Part shown: positions 39,755-49,546 of the stretch, piece after piece
Layout of the letters: each line of letters opens with the position of its first letter
Numbering within the stretch: the stretch's first letter is position 1
NCBI GenBank assembly: GCA_023256615.1
Contig: JAGDXO010000027.1
Coordinates: 1-63,829 of the forward strand
DNA: 63,829 nt
Source of the DNA: Thermoplasmata archaeon
Lineage (GTDB): Archaea; Thermoplasmatota; Thermoplasmata; Thermoplasmatales; GCA-001856825
Direction of reading: 5' to 3'
Notes under the pieces: model-generated
Databases searched by the model: none
Seen by the model: the letters and a program-made list of their open reading frames with translations, nothing else
What the model was told of the DNA's origin: nothing
Translations under genes and position numbers: made by a program

Positions 39755-39988
39755 ATGGTAAAGCGTACATACCTAAGCATAATCTTTAATTCCGAAGGGG
39801 AGAGACCATCAGAGATTATATCAAGGCTTAGGTCATTGGGGTTCAGACCAGTCACTGGTACGAGGGATATGGTCTATGAATGGGGCAATCACGCATCAGT
39901 GGAGGACGCAATATTCCTAATTGACAAGGTTCATACAACCCTTAGTGGCTATAATGTCTTATTCACGGCTGAAACTATCGACGAGTAA
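39755..39988 (+). CDS. Small hypothetical protein (77 aa)
   Basis: Fills the gap, upstream TATA-like element, plausible alpha/beta pattern. Confidence 0.65.
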   Translation: MVKRTYLSIIFNSEGERPSEIISRLRSLGFRPVTGTRDMVYEWGNHASVEDAIFLIDKVHTTLSGYNVLFTAETIDE

Positions 39989-40274
39989 TCCTGAATCTTC
40001 TTACATATCCGCAGTTCCCACAGTGAACACTTATCATAGATTTTTTCAACCTTATGTGCCCTCCTGTTGAATAGATCCCTTTTTTACATTTTCGACAAAA
40101 CCATATTCTTGCTTCATCAGGTATCCCTACTTTGTATTTCTGCGAATATAAGAATATCAACTCAATTTTTCTGCTCGCACTATCAATTTCTTTTTCCTTC
40201 TCATCCAGAATTGTGAGTTCAAATAATTCCTTCATTCTTCTTTCAATTATTGCTTTTTCTTTGTTGCTTGCCAT
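39975..40274 (-). CDS. rnp4: RNase P protein subunit Rpp21/Rpr2
   Basis: RM..LF, FCRKC, HCGNCG..RRF. Confidence 0.88.
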   Translation of the reverse strand: MASNKEKAIIERRMKELFELTILDEKEKEIDSASRKIELIFLYSQKYKVGIPDEARIWFCRKCKKGIYSTGGHIRLKKSMISVHCGNCGYVRRFRITRR

Positions 40275-41478
40275 TGATAAAAACTCCTGACGGTCCAGAT
40301 ATTAATTCATCATCCTCCATAACTAATTGACCCCTGAGATAAACTTCATTTGGGAATATACCCTTAAATCCTTCAAATGGAGTCCATTTTGCCTTTGAAT
40401 GCATATTTTCTCCTGCGATTATCCTTTCCTTTTCAAAATCTACTGATATGAAATCTGCATCGTACCCCTGTGATATCATCCCTTTTTTTATTCCAATTCT
40501 TGACGCTGGATTAGAGGATATAAGAGAAATTGCTCTCTCCAGAGAAATGAATTTTATTTTAGCTAGAAAGAGTATCAAAGGAACTCTAGTTTCAACACCT
40601 GGCATTCCAGAGGGTGAATTTTCAAACTCCTTCTTTTCATCAATTGAGTGGGGTGCGTGATCGGATGAAATCATATGAAGCTCCTTTAAATTGAGTGCCC
40701 TCATCAGCTCCTCCTGAATAACCTTCTTCCTCAATGGTGGATTTACTTTACCCAGCGGTCCTATATCCATTTCATTATTGAGGAGAATGTGGTGAGGTGT
40801 TACCTCCGTTGAGAATCCAAAACTATTCGATAAAATCAATGCTCTGAGGGTTGTGATGTGAGCTATGTGTATATTTTTAAGCCCACTCTTAAACATCTCT
40901 TCAATAGCTGCATATTCACATTCCACAGGTCTTACCTTGTCGTGATCCTTTAAATTCATATCTTTACCGCTATTCATATCAAGGCATTTCTGCAGTTCAG
41001 CGTGTACCACCTTAATTTTATCTGAAAATAATGATTTCTTTAAATCTGTTAGTAGGCCACCAGTTGATTTTCCAAGGAATATTTTCTCACCTATCGCATC
41101 CTCAATTATTTCATCTGATCCTGCCTGATATAAAGAAAAATCCACATAACTTTTTCCAGATATTGACCTAATTTTCTCCTTAAAATCATTTTGATTCAGA
41201 ATCGGTCTCTTGTTGTTTGGCATATCTGCCACAAAAGTTGTTCCTCCAAAAATGGAAGATATTGATCCTGAATTAAAATCCTCCTTGTATTCTTCCCCGG
41301 GGTCCCTGAAATGAACATGAATGTCAACTCCGGCAGGCAATATTTTACCATTTATTCTATATATTTCAGTTTCACTTGTTTCTGTCCTGATTGAGACGAT
41401 TTTTCCTTCTTCAACCTCTATGTATCTATCCTTGAATTCGGAATCTATGAAAAAATTACCATGATATACTATACTCAA
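40243..41478 (-). CDS. pyrC: Dihydroorotase
   Basis: DIHVHFRDPG, DMPN, EVTPHH, KVNPPLR, SDHAPH. Confidence 0.92.
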   Translation of the reverse strand: MSIVYHGNFFIDSEFKDRYIEVEEGKIVSIRTETSETEIYRINGKILPAGVDIHVHFRDPGEEYKEDFNSGSISSIFGGTTFVADMPNNKRPILNQNDFKEKIRSISGKSYVDFSLYQAGSDEIIEDAIGEKIFLGKSTGGLLTDLKKSLFSDKIKVVHAELQKCLDMNSGKDMNLKDHDKVRPVECEYAAIEEMFKSGLKNIHIAHITTLRALILSNSFGFSTEVTPHHILLNNEMDIGPLGKVNPPLRKKVIQEELMRALNLKELHMISSDHAPHSIDEKKEFENSPSGMPGVETRVPLILFLAKIKFISLERAISLISSNPASRIGIKKGMISQGYDADFISVDFEKERIIAGENMHSKAKWTPFEGFKGIFPNEVYLRGQLVMEDDELISGPSGVFINGKQQRKSNN

Positions 41479-42092
41479 TCCTTACCATTCTCCAGCATTT
41501 TCCTGAAAACTGGACCGTGAGGTTCAACCTCATAAAATATTTCAGCGCTGAACGTTTCTATTCTCGTATCTTCATCTTTCCAGCAACCTGGCTCCATTCC
41601 AGCCTTCCAGCATACTGCATCCAGGAATTTTTTTGAATCCATATTTTCTTCAACGGCTACCTGAGGCAACAGAAGACCAGAATACCCGTCTCTTGTTGCT
41701 ATTAGACCATGCTTGCCAATTTCTATTTTAGAGGGAAGTTCATTCCTTTTATTGACCTTTACAATTTCAGGTTTTGTCAGCAGGGAAACCTCAACGATGA
41801 GGTCATCAACCTCATTTTTCTCTACAGGCGGGAATCTTGGATCATTAACTGCTGCTGCTATAGCACTTCTTATTACTGCTTCACCAAGTGGATAGACTGG
41901 CTCAGGAAAGCCAATACACCCCCTGAGTTCACCATTCTTGGTCAGAGTTGTGAAGACACCTCTCTTCTCAACAAACTTACCACCATAGCTGTTCTTGACA
42001 ATCAGCTTTATATCTATATATTCCTCTATTGCTCTTCTGGCCAATTTTACAGCAATCTCCCCTTCTTCATCAGAATAATCATAGGTATTCAT
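41475..42092 (-). CDS. AMMECR1-domain protein (TIGR00296-like)
   Basis: GVFTT, LRGCIG, DPRF, EVSLL, GLLLPQV. Confidence 0.94.
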   Translation of the reverse strand: MNTYDYSDEEGEIAVKLARRAIEEYIDIKLIVKNSYGGKFVEKRGVFTTLTKNGELRGCIGFPEPVYPLGEAVIRSAIAAAVNDPRFPPVEKNEVDDLIVEVSLLTKPEIVKVNKRNELPSKIEIGKHGLIATRDGYSGLLLPQVAVEENMDSKKFLDAVCWKAGMEPGCWKDEDTRIETFSAEIFYEVEPHGPVFRKMLENGKD

Positions 42093-42721
42093 ACTCCCCT
42101 CCTATCCCCCCATATTATCTTATGAAGTTGAGGCAAAACCCTAACATTAAGTTTTTCTTTAAGTACCTTTTCTGCAAGCCATTTAAGATCCATACCTCCA
42201 ACAGGTTGGAAAATTATTTCTCCATCAAATTCATATTTTTTCATTATTTCCTTAGAAAATTCGAAATCCTTTTCATCAGCAATAACAAATTTTAGATAGT
42301 CTTTCATTCCAAGCATCTCAATGTTATTGTATAAATTATATTCAACCATCTTCGACGACGGTGTCTTAATGTCCATTGCTATAATTAGATCGTCTTCTGT
42401 TGGGACATCCTCGATTGAAATAGATCCACTCGTTTCAAGTATAATTCTCCTCTCATTTTCCAGAAGCTTATACATAAGTTTGTATACATCCTTCTGGAGC
42501 AGGGGTTCTCCACCTGTAATGCAGACGTATTTAGTTTCATATCCCATTGTTTCATCAATCAAACTTTCCACAGTTCTCTGTTCTCCACCCGAATAAGAGT
42601 ATTTTGTATCACACCATTCGCATCTCAGATTGCATCCTGTCAGCCTGATAAAGAATGTTGGAATACCGATGTACGGGCCTTCTCCTTCAAGGGAATAAAA
42701 AGTCTCATTCACTGTGAGCAT
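42089..42721 (-). CDS. queE: 7-carboxy-7-deazaguanine synthase (radical SAM)
   Basis: FYSLEGEG, CNLRCEWCDT, TGGEP, LPQLHK. Confidence 0.9.
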   Translation of the reverse strand: MLTVNETFYSLEGEGPYIGIPTFFIRLTGCNLRCEWCDTKYSYSGGEQRTVESLIDETMGYETKYVCITGGEPLLQKDVYKLMYKLLENERRIILETSGSISIEDVPTEDDLIIAMDIKTPSSKMVEYNLYNNIEMLGMKDYLKFVIADEKDFEFSKEIMKKYEFDGEIIFQPVGGMDLKWLAEKVLKEKLNVRVLPQLHKIIWGDRRGV

Positions 42722-42746
42722 TCAATACGTAATAAAAAAATAGGAA

Positions 42747-43376
42747 TTAAGTTTTATTATCAGCCTTTGAAAGTGTAATCTCACAATCAAACTTTTCCTT
42801 ACTTACCGTATCTTTCTTTGTAATCTTATATGATGGGAATATAGAATGTATTATGCTATCTTCAAAAGAGCTGCACAAAAGATTCTCATTTTCAAGAGCT
42901 AAATTGTAGTAAATGCAGTTCTTTCTTTTGATGACTATATTACCATCCTTTTCAACGGCAGATGCCATGCATCCCAGTCCATTATAAAAATTAACAAGAG
43001 ATTCAAGATTCCTCTCCTGACCTGTGGAATTTTTGACAATTCTTTCTCCTGCCCTCTTCAAGAAGTCCCTTACCCATTCTTTTCCCTGTTCATAAGTCAG
43101 TTCGTCCAGCAGTATCCTCAGCAGAAGGTCATACTTTTTTGGGAAAAGTTCCATCCCCTTCCTAGTAATGAAATAATATTTCTTTGGCCTTCCTACTCCG
43201 GATTTCGTAAACTTGTAAGAGATATAACCCATATTTTCTAGATTATCAAGATGTTCCCTTATGGCATTATTCTGTATATTTAATCTTCCTGAGAGGTCGT
43301 TGATTGTGAGTGAGCCATCCATGAGCTCCTCAAGAATCCTTTTTTTACTGTTTCCAAGGTTGAGTATTTCCTCCAT
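42747..43376 (-). CDS. SufR-like transcriptional regulator
   Basis: wHTH (AIREHL, GRPKKYY, FPKKY) plus C-terminal NC..LA...LC...E...C; divergent from sufC. Confidence 0.8.
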   Translation of the reverse strand: MEEILNLGNSKKRILEELMDGSLTINDLSGRLNIQNNAIREHLDNLENMGYISYKFTKSGVGRPKKYYFITRKGMELFPKKYDLLLRILLDELTYEQGKEWVRDFLKRAGERIVKNSTGQERNLESLVNFYNGLGCMASAVEKDGNIVIKRKNCIYYNLALENENLLCSSFEDSIIHSIFPSYKITKKDTVSKEKFDCEITLSKADNKT

Positions 43377-43416
43377 ATTAGATAAGTAAGGGAAAGAACA
43401 TATTTATATTTTATCA

Positions 43417-43442
43417 ATTTAAACAGTAAAAAATGTTTAAAT
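43417..43442. promoter_or_regulatory. Perfect 9-bp inverted repeat in the sufR/sufC divergent promoter
   Basis: ATTTAAACA-gtaaaaaa-TGTTTAAAT. Confidence 0.55.
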
Positions 43443-43458
43443 ACGATGTATAGATAGC

Positions 43459-44229
43459 ATGGCAATGGCAGAAAATTATCTTGATATCAAAAATCTGAAT
43501 GTGGAAATTAATGGGAAGGAAATTCTGAAGGATGTATCAATCAGAGTTAAGTCGGGTGAGATTCATGCTCTTATGGGCCCAAATGGTACGGGGAAAAGTA
43601 CCCTTGCCCATTCTGTTATGGGGAATCCAAAGTATAAAATAAAGGGAGGAGAGATAATTTTGAACGGAAAGAAGATGAATGATCTGCAGATACATGAAAG
43701 GGCGAGAGAAGGAATTTTCCTTGCATTTCAGGAACCTGTTTCAGTTCAGGGCCTGAGATTTATTAATTATCTCAGAACTGCCTATACTTCGTTGCATCCT
43801 CAAGAAAAACTTGAATACAAAAAATTTCTGGATGAAGTTAAGGAGCTTTTGAATTTTTTCGGTCTTGACAATTCATTTATTGATAGGGGTCTGAATGATG
43901 GCCTCTCCGGTGGAGAAAAGAAGAGGATGGAAGCATTGCAGATGCTTATCCTTAAGCCTAAATTTATAATTCTTGATGAGATCGATTCAGGTCTGGATGT
44001 TGATGCTCTCAGGATAGTTTCAAAGGCTATTCAGAAAGCTAAGGAAAATGGAGCTGGAATAATTATAATTACACACTATCAGAGAATCCTTGATTATATT
44101 AAGCCTGACTTTGTTCACGTGCTGATTGACGGAAAGATAGCTGAGAGCGGAAACGGAGAACTGGCGAAAATAATTGAAGAGAGGGGCTATGAGTATTATA
44201 AAGGTGAGATAAATGCAAAAATTGAATGA
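43459..44229 (+). CDS. sufC: Fe-S assembly ATPase SufC
   Basis: MGPNGTGKS, FLAFQEP, LSGGEKKR, DEIDSGLDVD, ITHYQR. Confidence 0.96.
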   Translation: MAMAENYLDIKNLNVEINGKEILKDVSIRVKSGEIHALMGPNGTGKSTLAHSVMGNPKYKIKGGEIILNGKKMNDLQIHERAREGIFLAFQEPVSVQGLRFINYLRTAYTSLHPQEKLEYKKFLDEVKELLNFFGLDNSFIDRGLNDGLSGGEKKRMEALQMLILKPKFIILDEIDSGLDVDALRIVSKAIQKAKENGAGIIIITHYQRILDYIKPDFVHVLIDGKIAESGNGELAKIIEERGYEYYKGEINAKIE

Positions 44230-45622
44230 TATTGAGGATATAAACAAAGAGAAATATGATTTCGTGACAAAAATAAAGCCTGCATATCAGACAGGCAAAG
44301 GTATAGACCGAGAGTTGATCGAGGAGATTTCAAGGGTAAAAAAGGAACCGGAATGGATGAAAAATATAAGGCTAAAGGCTCTTGAAGTTTTCCTGTCAAA
44401 ACCCATACCAAAATGGGGCCCAGATATTTCAGAAATAAATTTTGACGAGATAACCTATTACATAAAACCAGAGGACAGGAAGGCCAATGACTGGAACGAG
44501 GTGCCGGACGAGATAAAGAATACGTTCGAGAAACTGGGTGTTCCAGAAATGGAGCGAAAATATCTGGCTGGTTCAGTAGCCCAGCTGGAATCAGAAGGCG
44601 TTTACTCAAAGATAAAGAAACAATGGGCAGATAAAGGTGTCGTGTTCATGGATATGGATTCCGCTCTTCAGCAATACCCTGAAATTATAAAGGAGCACTT
44701 CGGCAAAATAGTACCACCAAGTGATAATAAATTTGCTGCATTGAATACTGCAGTCTGGTCAGGAGGTTCATTTCTATACATACCCAAAGGGGTGAAGATG
44801 GAACTTCCGGTTCAAGCTTACTTCAGGATGAACGGAGAAATGGAAGGTCAATTTGAAAGGACATTAATAATTGCAGAGGAAGGTGCAAGTGTTCATTATA
44901 TAGAAGGATGCACAGCACCAACTTACAGTAAGTATTCACTGCATGCAGCTGTTGTGGAAGTTTATGCAAAGAAAGATTCAAAAGTCAGGTATACCTCAGT
45001 TCAGAACTGGTCTGACAACATTATAAATCTGCCAACAAAGAGGGCGTGGGTAGAGGAGAATGCGAAAATGGAATGGGTCCAGGGAAGTCTCGGTTCCAAA
45101 ATAACAATGACTTACCCTTCATCTATTCTGAGGGGAGAATGGGCATCTACATCCAATCTGAATGTGGCTCTTGCGACAGGGAATGTATGGAAAGATAATG
45201 GTGCCAAGGTAGTTCACGCTGCCCCCAATACAAGTTCAAAGGTTGTTGCAAAGAGTATTTCAGGTCAGGGAGGGATGTCTGTATACAGAGGTTTGCTCAG
45301 GATTAACAAAGGCGCATACAATTCAAAAGCTTCAGTCCAGTGCGATGCACTCATTCTTGATGATCATTCCAAGAGCAATACATATCCTCATAATGAAATA
45401 CTTGATGAGAGTGCATCTTTTTCACATGAAGCCTCAGTGGGAAAAATTTCCGAGGAGCAGGTAAATTACCTGATGAGCAGGGGAATTAGGGAAGAAGATG
45501 CCAGATCCCTTATAGTTTTAGGATTTCTCGATGATGTGCTAAAGGAAATACCATTGGAATACTCACTCGAATTCAATAAATTGATAAAACTTGAAATGAG
45601 TAAAATGGGTGCAGTGGGATGA
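44213..45622 (+). CDS. sufB: Fe-S assembly protein SufB
   Basis: WSGGSF, GQFERTL, YIEGCTAP, LHAAVVE, QCD, SHEA. Confidence 0.97.
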   Translation: MQKLNDIEDINKEKYDFVTKIKPAYQTGKGIDRELIEEISRVKKEPEWMKNIRLKALEVFLSKPIPKWGPDISEINFDEITYYIKPEDRKANDWNEVPDEIKNTFEKLGVPEMERKYLAGSVAQLESEGVYSKIKKQWADKGVVFMDMDSALQQYPEIIKEHFGKIVPPSDNKFAALNTAVWSGGSFLYIPKGVKMELPVQAYFRMNGEMEGQFERTLIIAEEGASVHYIEGCTAPTYSKYSLHAAVVEVYAKKDSKVRYTSVQNWSDNIINLPTKRAWVEENAKMEWVQGSLGSKITMTYPSSILRGEWASTSNLNVALATGNVWKDNGAKVVHAAPNTSSKVVAKSISGQGGMSVYRGLLRINKGAYNSKASVQCDALILDDHSKSNTYPHNEILDESASFSHEASVGKISEEQVNYLMSRGIREEDARSLIVLGFLDDVLKEIPLEYSLEFNKLIKLEMSKMGAVG

Positions 45623-46776
45623 GCTTCAGCGAAGAGTTGAAAAATAGAAAGATAATAGCAGATAAGCTACCTGCAGAAGGAGAACCCGACTCTCCATCAA
45701 TGAAATATTATACTACTCTGAAGAATGAAGAAATAGATCCTCTGATGCATACCAAGAAAACAGGATGTGCAGGTATGCAATTGAACATAACTACACACAA
45801 TGGTTCACCCTGCAGATATCTGTCGAAGGGGAAAATAAAATTCAAGTCGGTTGAAGAAGCGATAAGGAATGAGGAAATTCAGGAGAAAGAAATATTTACC
45901 GAGATATATGATAAGATGAGCGCCATAAATCAGGGGTATTTTACTGATGGAGCATTCATAGGAATACCAGCTAATTATGAAGATGAAAATATGATTTCTA
46001 TTCTTAATACTGGCGATTCTGATTTCAATTCTAGAAATATATACAGGATAGGTGCTGAATCCTCAGTAAAAATACTTGAAAATTTTATAATAACAGGGGA
46101 ATCGAACATCTCACATGGAACTGTAATCAGAATGGGCGAGAATTCATCCTTGGATTACTATTTCCTGGAAGATGTAAAAAACTCAAAGGTTAGTTACGTG
46201 GAAAGAACATTCATAATGCCCAGGTATTCGAGATTGAGGATACATCATCTCAGCATTCCGGGCTCTAAGAACATAACCAGATTCAGAGTAATCCAGGAGG
46301 GAGAGTTCGCGGAATCTTATTATTATGGTGCTACTCTTGGCAAAAGAAATGAGCATCAGGACCTGGAAGTTTATACCCATCACCTGGCTCCTCATGGAAA
46401 CAATGATACATCCTTTAAGGGAATACTTGGTGGCGATTCATCTATAATTTTCAGGGGGTTTATCAAGATAGAAGAGAAGGCATTAAATACGGACTCATTT
46501 TTGCTGGCTAACCTGCTTCTACTCTCAAAAGAAGCAAGGGGTAATGCCTTACCAGTTCTTGAGATATATAATGGTGAAGTTAAGGCAAAACATGGAGAGA
46601 CTGTATCCAATATTTCAGAGGATGAACTTCTTTATCTGGAGAGCAGAGGATTGGAGCCAAAAAAGGCTAAAAAACTAATAATTGAGGGATTTGTGAATCC
46701 AATAATAAGCCCGTTACCTCCTGAAATAGCTGAGAGATATCTAGATATTGTTGAAGATGTGGTAGACAATGCTTGA
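45619..46776 (+). CDS. sufD: SufD-like protein
   Basis: Beta-helix repeats, P.LEI..VKAKHG, LYLESRG, IEGF. Confidence 0.88.
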   Translation: MSFSEELKNRKIIADKLPAEGEPDSPSMKYYTTLKNEEIDPLMHTKKTGCAGMQLNITTHNGSPCRYLSKGKIKFKSVEEAIRNEEIQEKEIFTEIYDKMSAINQGYFTDGAFIGIPANYEDENMISILNTGDSDFNSRNIYRIGAESSVKILENFIITGESNISHGTVIRMGENSSLDYYFLEDVKNSKVSYVERTFIMPRYSRLRIHHLSIPGSKNITRFRVIQEGEFAESYYYGATLGKRNEHQDLEVYTHHLAPHGNNDTSFKGILGGDSSIIFRGFIKIEEKALNTDSFLLANLLLLSKEARGNALPVLEIYNGEVKAKHGETVSNISEDELLYLESRGLEPKKAKKLIIEGFVNPIISPLPPEIAERYLDIVEDVVDNA

Positions 46777-48025
46777 TGTTGGCAGCATAAGAAGGGATTT
46801 TCCAATACTACAAAGGAAGATGGATGGCAAGAGGATTGTTTATCTGGACTCGACAGCTACGACACAGAAGCCAGAAAGTGTTATAAATGCTATCGCAGAA
46901 TTCTACAGAAATTACAATGCAAATGTCCACAGATCTGTTTACAAACTCGGATGGGAGGCAACAGATTGTTATGAACAAGCAAGAAAGAATGTTGCTGATT
47001 TTATAGGTGTTAAATCAGAAGAAATAGTTTTCACAAGGAACACAACTGAAAGCCTGAATCTATTATCTTACAGCCTTGAGGGTAAACTTAAAAAGGGAGA
47101 CAGGATCCTCATAAGTTCTATGGAACATCACTCCAACATACTCCCCTGGATGAGACTTGAGGAGAGAGGAATAAATCTTGATTACATAAATCTCACACCT
47201 GAAGGATTCTTGGATATTGAAGATTTTAAATCAAAAATTAAAAAAGAAACAAAAATAATTTCGATCACGCATCAGTCCAACGTACTCGGTACCATAAATG
47301 ATATAGATACACTTTCAAAAATTGCCAAGGAAAATGATTCAATTTTCATAGTTGATGGCGCTCAATCCATACCTCATATGCCCTTTAAAATGATTAATGG
47401 AATTGATTATATGGCATTTTCAGGTCATAAAATGCTTGGGCCGCTTGGAATTGGTGTTCTATATGGGAAATATGAAAATCTTTCCGAACTTCCGCCATTT
47501 CAGAGGGGGGGAGAGATGATCAAGGAAGTGGATTTTCACAAGGTTGAATTTGAAGATCCTCCGATAAAATTTGAGGCTGGGACTCCAAACGTTGAAGGTG
47601 CTGTAGGTCTTTCGGCTGCGATAGATTATCTGAAGAAAATTGGAATGGAAAATGTTAGGTCCCACGAGAAGTATCTCACACGCAAAGCTTTGGATTCATT
47701 ATCTACATTGAAAAATATTCAGATTTACGGTCCAAGGGATACAGAGAAAAGGGGAGGCGTCATTTCATTTAATATCAGAAGCGAGGCAATCAAGAGAAAA
47801 ATAGCTTCAGGAAACATACATTTAGACGGTTTGTTGCATTCTCATGATGTTGCATCGCATCTGGACGAGAGCAATGTATTTGTGAGGTCGGGGCATCACT
47901 GTGCCCAGCCTCTTATGAAATATCTTAATATTAAGGGTACAGCTAGGGCATCATTTTATATTTACAATGATATTGACGATATAGAGGCACTTGTCTCTGG
48001 TCTGGAGGGAATAGATGTACAATGA
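46769..48025 (+). CDS. sufS: Cysteine desulfurase SufS
   Basis: YLDS.ATTQKP, EHHSN, SGHKM, FEAGTP, RSGHHCAQP, RASF. Confidence 0.96.
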   Translation: MLDVGSIRRDFPILQRKMDGKRIVYLDSTATTQKPESVINAIAEFYRNYNANVHRSVYKLGWEATDCYEQARKNVADFIGVKSEEIVFTRNTTESLNLLSYSLEGKLKKGDRILISSMEHHSNILPWMRLEERGINLDYINLTPEGFLDIEDFKSKIKKETKIISITHQSNVLGTINDIDTLSKIAKENDSIFIVDGAQSIPHMPFKMINGIDYMAFSGHKMLGPLGIGVLYGKYENLSELPPFQRGGEMIKEVDFHKVEFEDPPIKFEAGTPNVEGAVGLSAAIDYLKKIGMENVRSHEKYLTRKALDSLSTLKNIQIYGPRDTEKRGGVISFNIRSEAIKRKIASGNIHLDGLLHSHDVASHLDESNVFVRSGHHCAQPLMKYLNIKGTARASFYIYNDIDDIEALVSGLEGIDVQ

Positions 48026-48392
48026 TGAAATTATGGATAGATACCAGAATCCTTATTATTTTGGGAAGCCCGAAAGATACAGTATTGTAATAGACGAAGC
48101 TTCAACTTCTTGTGGTGATAAAATCATTTTATACATACAGGAAGAGAATGGAGTGATTAAGCAGATAAAATTTGAAGGAGATGGTTGTATCATATCCATG
48201 GTTTCTACCGACCTATTCTGTGAGAAAGCAACCGGAAGAAATATAGAAGAAATAATGAGAATAGACGAATCGGACTATGTTAAGAATTTTCCTGTAGAGA
48301 TAACACCGGGCAGGCTAAATTGTGCATTGCTACCAATTAGGGCATTCCGGAGGGGAGTCGGGAGAGCAAATATTCCCGGAAATTTAAAATGA
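48015..48392 (+). CDS. sufU: SufU/IscU-type scaffold or sulfur-transfer protein
   Basis: SCGD, GCIIS, R.NCALL. Confidence 0.9.
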   Translation: MYNDEIMDRYQNPYYFGKPERYSIVIDEASTSCGDKIILYIQEENGVIKQIKFEGDGCIISMVSTDLFCEKATGRNIEEIMRIDESDYVKNFPVEITPGRLNCALLPIRAFRRGVGRANIPGNLK

Positions 48393-48393
48393 C

Positions 48394-48476
48394 GGGTAAA
48401 CGAAATATAATTTCCATTTTACCCATGTGTCGCTGAATCAGGAACCCCAATCCCTTCAGGAATGAGATGATGTCAG
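48394..48476 (+). mobile_element. Decayed tnpB omega-RNA/right-end remnant (IS200/IS605 family)
   Basis: GTCGCTGAATCAGGAACCCCAATCCCTTCAGGAATGAGATGATGTCAG resembles GATGAA.CAGGAAGCCC..CCCTT.AGGG..GGGAGGATGTCA ends; preceded by GGGTAAA/TTTACCC hairpin. Confidence 0.5.
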
Positions 48477-48537
48477 TGTATTCTATCTTTAAAATACTGT
48501 TAGAAAAATAGATTATTGAGTACTTAATGAACCATAA

Positions 48538-49446
48538 ATGGAGAGTGTTGAAGACCTCATATCATCTGCAAAGAAGGGGAACAGAAGATCAATTGGAAGG
48601 CTTATAACCATCATAGAGAACAGGAGCACAGGATATGAAGATATATTAAGGTTCTTGAATTCAAAATTCAATAAGGCTTACGTTCTGGGAATCACTGGCC
48701 CTCCAGGGGTCGGGAAAAGTTCCTTAATTTCAAGACTCGTGGAAAACTTCCAGTCGAAAGAGAAGCTGGCAGTAATAATGATTGATGCGACAAGTCCTTT
48801 CAGCGGTGGTTCATTGCTGGGCAATAGGTTGCGACTTTCAGATGGGGAAAATATCTATGTGAGAAGCATGGCTACGAGAGGCATAAGCGGAGGGTTGAAC
48901 CTAGCAATTGGTGACACACTGGATCTTCTATCTTTCCTTGGTTTTTCAATGATAATTGTAGAGTCGGTCGGGGCTGGACAGGATGAAACAGATATAGTTT
49001 ATTTCACAGATACCGTGGTTCTTGTTCTTTCACCTGGTACTGGAGATCAAGTACAGGCCATGAAGGCCGGCCAGATGGAGATAGGGGACATAATAGTACT
49101 CAACAAGGCAGACAGGCCTGATGTTATAATATCTGAAAAAGAGTTAATGGAGATATTAAGCATACCGGATATGGCAAAGAATCATAAGCTTTTCAAGGTA
49201 TCATCACTAACGGGTTCTGGCATCAAAGATCTTGTCGCAGCAATAGAAGAGGAAAAAAATTCAGGTTTAAGGAGTTCTTCTGAATTGAAGGAAAGAGAAA
49301 AAGAGAAGCTCAAACAGGAGATTCTCGCAAGGATAAACTTGAAGGAGTATTTGATTGAAAGACTTGCGGATAAAGTTGTAAAGGGAGAGATAAAAGAAAG
49401 GGAAGCTCTTTCCTTAATTTTGAAGGAATTAGAGATGAAAAGGTAA
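48538..49446 (+). CDS. meaB: MeaB/ArgK GTPase (methylmalonyl-CoA mutase chaperone)
   Basis: GITGPPGVGKSS, SPFSGGSLLGNR, RSMATRG, ESVGAGQ, NKAD. Confidence 0.92.
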   Translation: MESVEDLISSAKKGNRRSIGRLITIIENRSTGYEDILRFLNSKFNKAYVLGITGPPGVGKSSLISRLVENFQSKEKLAVIMIDATSPFSGGSLLGNRLRLSDGENIYVRSMATRGISGGLNLAIGDTLDLLSFLGFSMIIVESVGAGQDETDIVYFTDTVVLVLSPGTGDQVQAMKAGQMEIGDIIVLNKADRPDVIISEKELMEILSIPDMAKNHKLFKVSSLTGSGIKDLVAAIEEEKNSGLRSSSELKEREKEKLKQEILARINLKEYLIERLADKVVKGEIKEREALSLILKELEMKR

Positions 49447-49490
49447 TGACGAAAATAGATAAATTTTATACCTTTTTTAAAGTTTCAAAT

Positions 49491-49515
49491 TACCATTAAT
49501 ATTAAGTAATGGAAA
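49491..49515. promoter_or_regulatory. Inverted repeat over the fbp promoter
   Basis: CCATTA-atattaag-TAATGG (extends to TTACCATTA/TAATGGAAA with one mismatch). Confidence 0.35.
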
Positions 49516-49546
49516 CACAATAACCTAACAGCAGGTGAATAATTTT

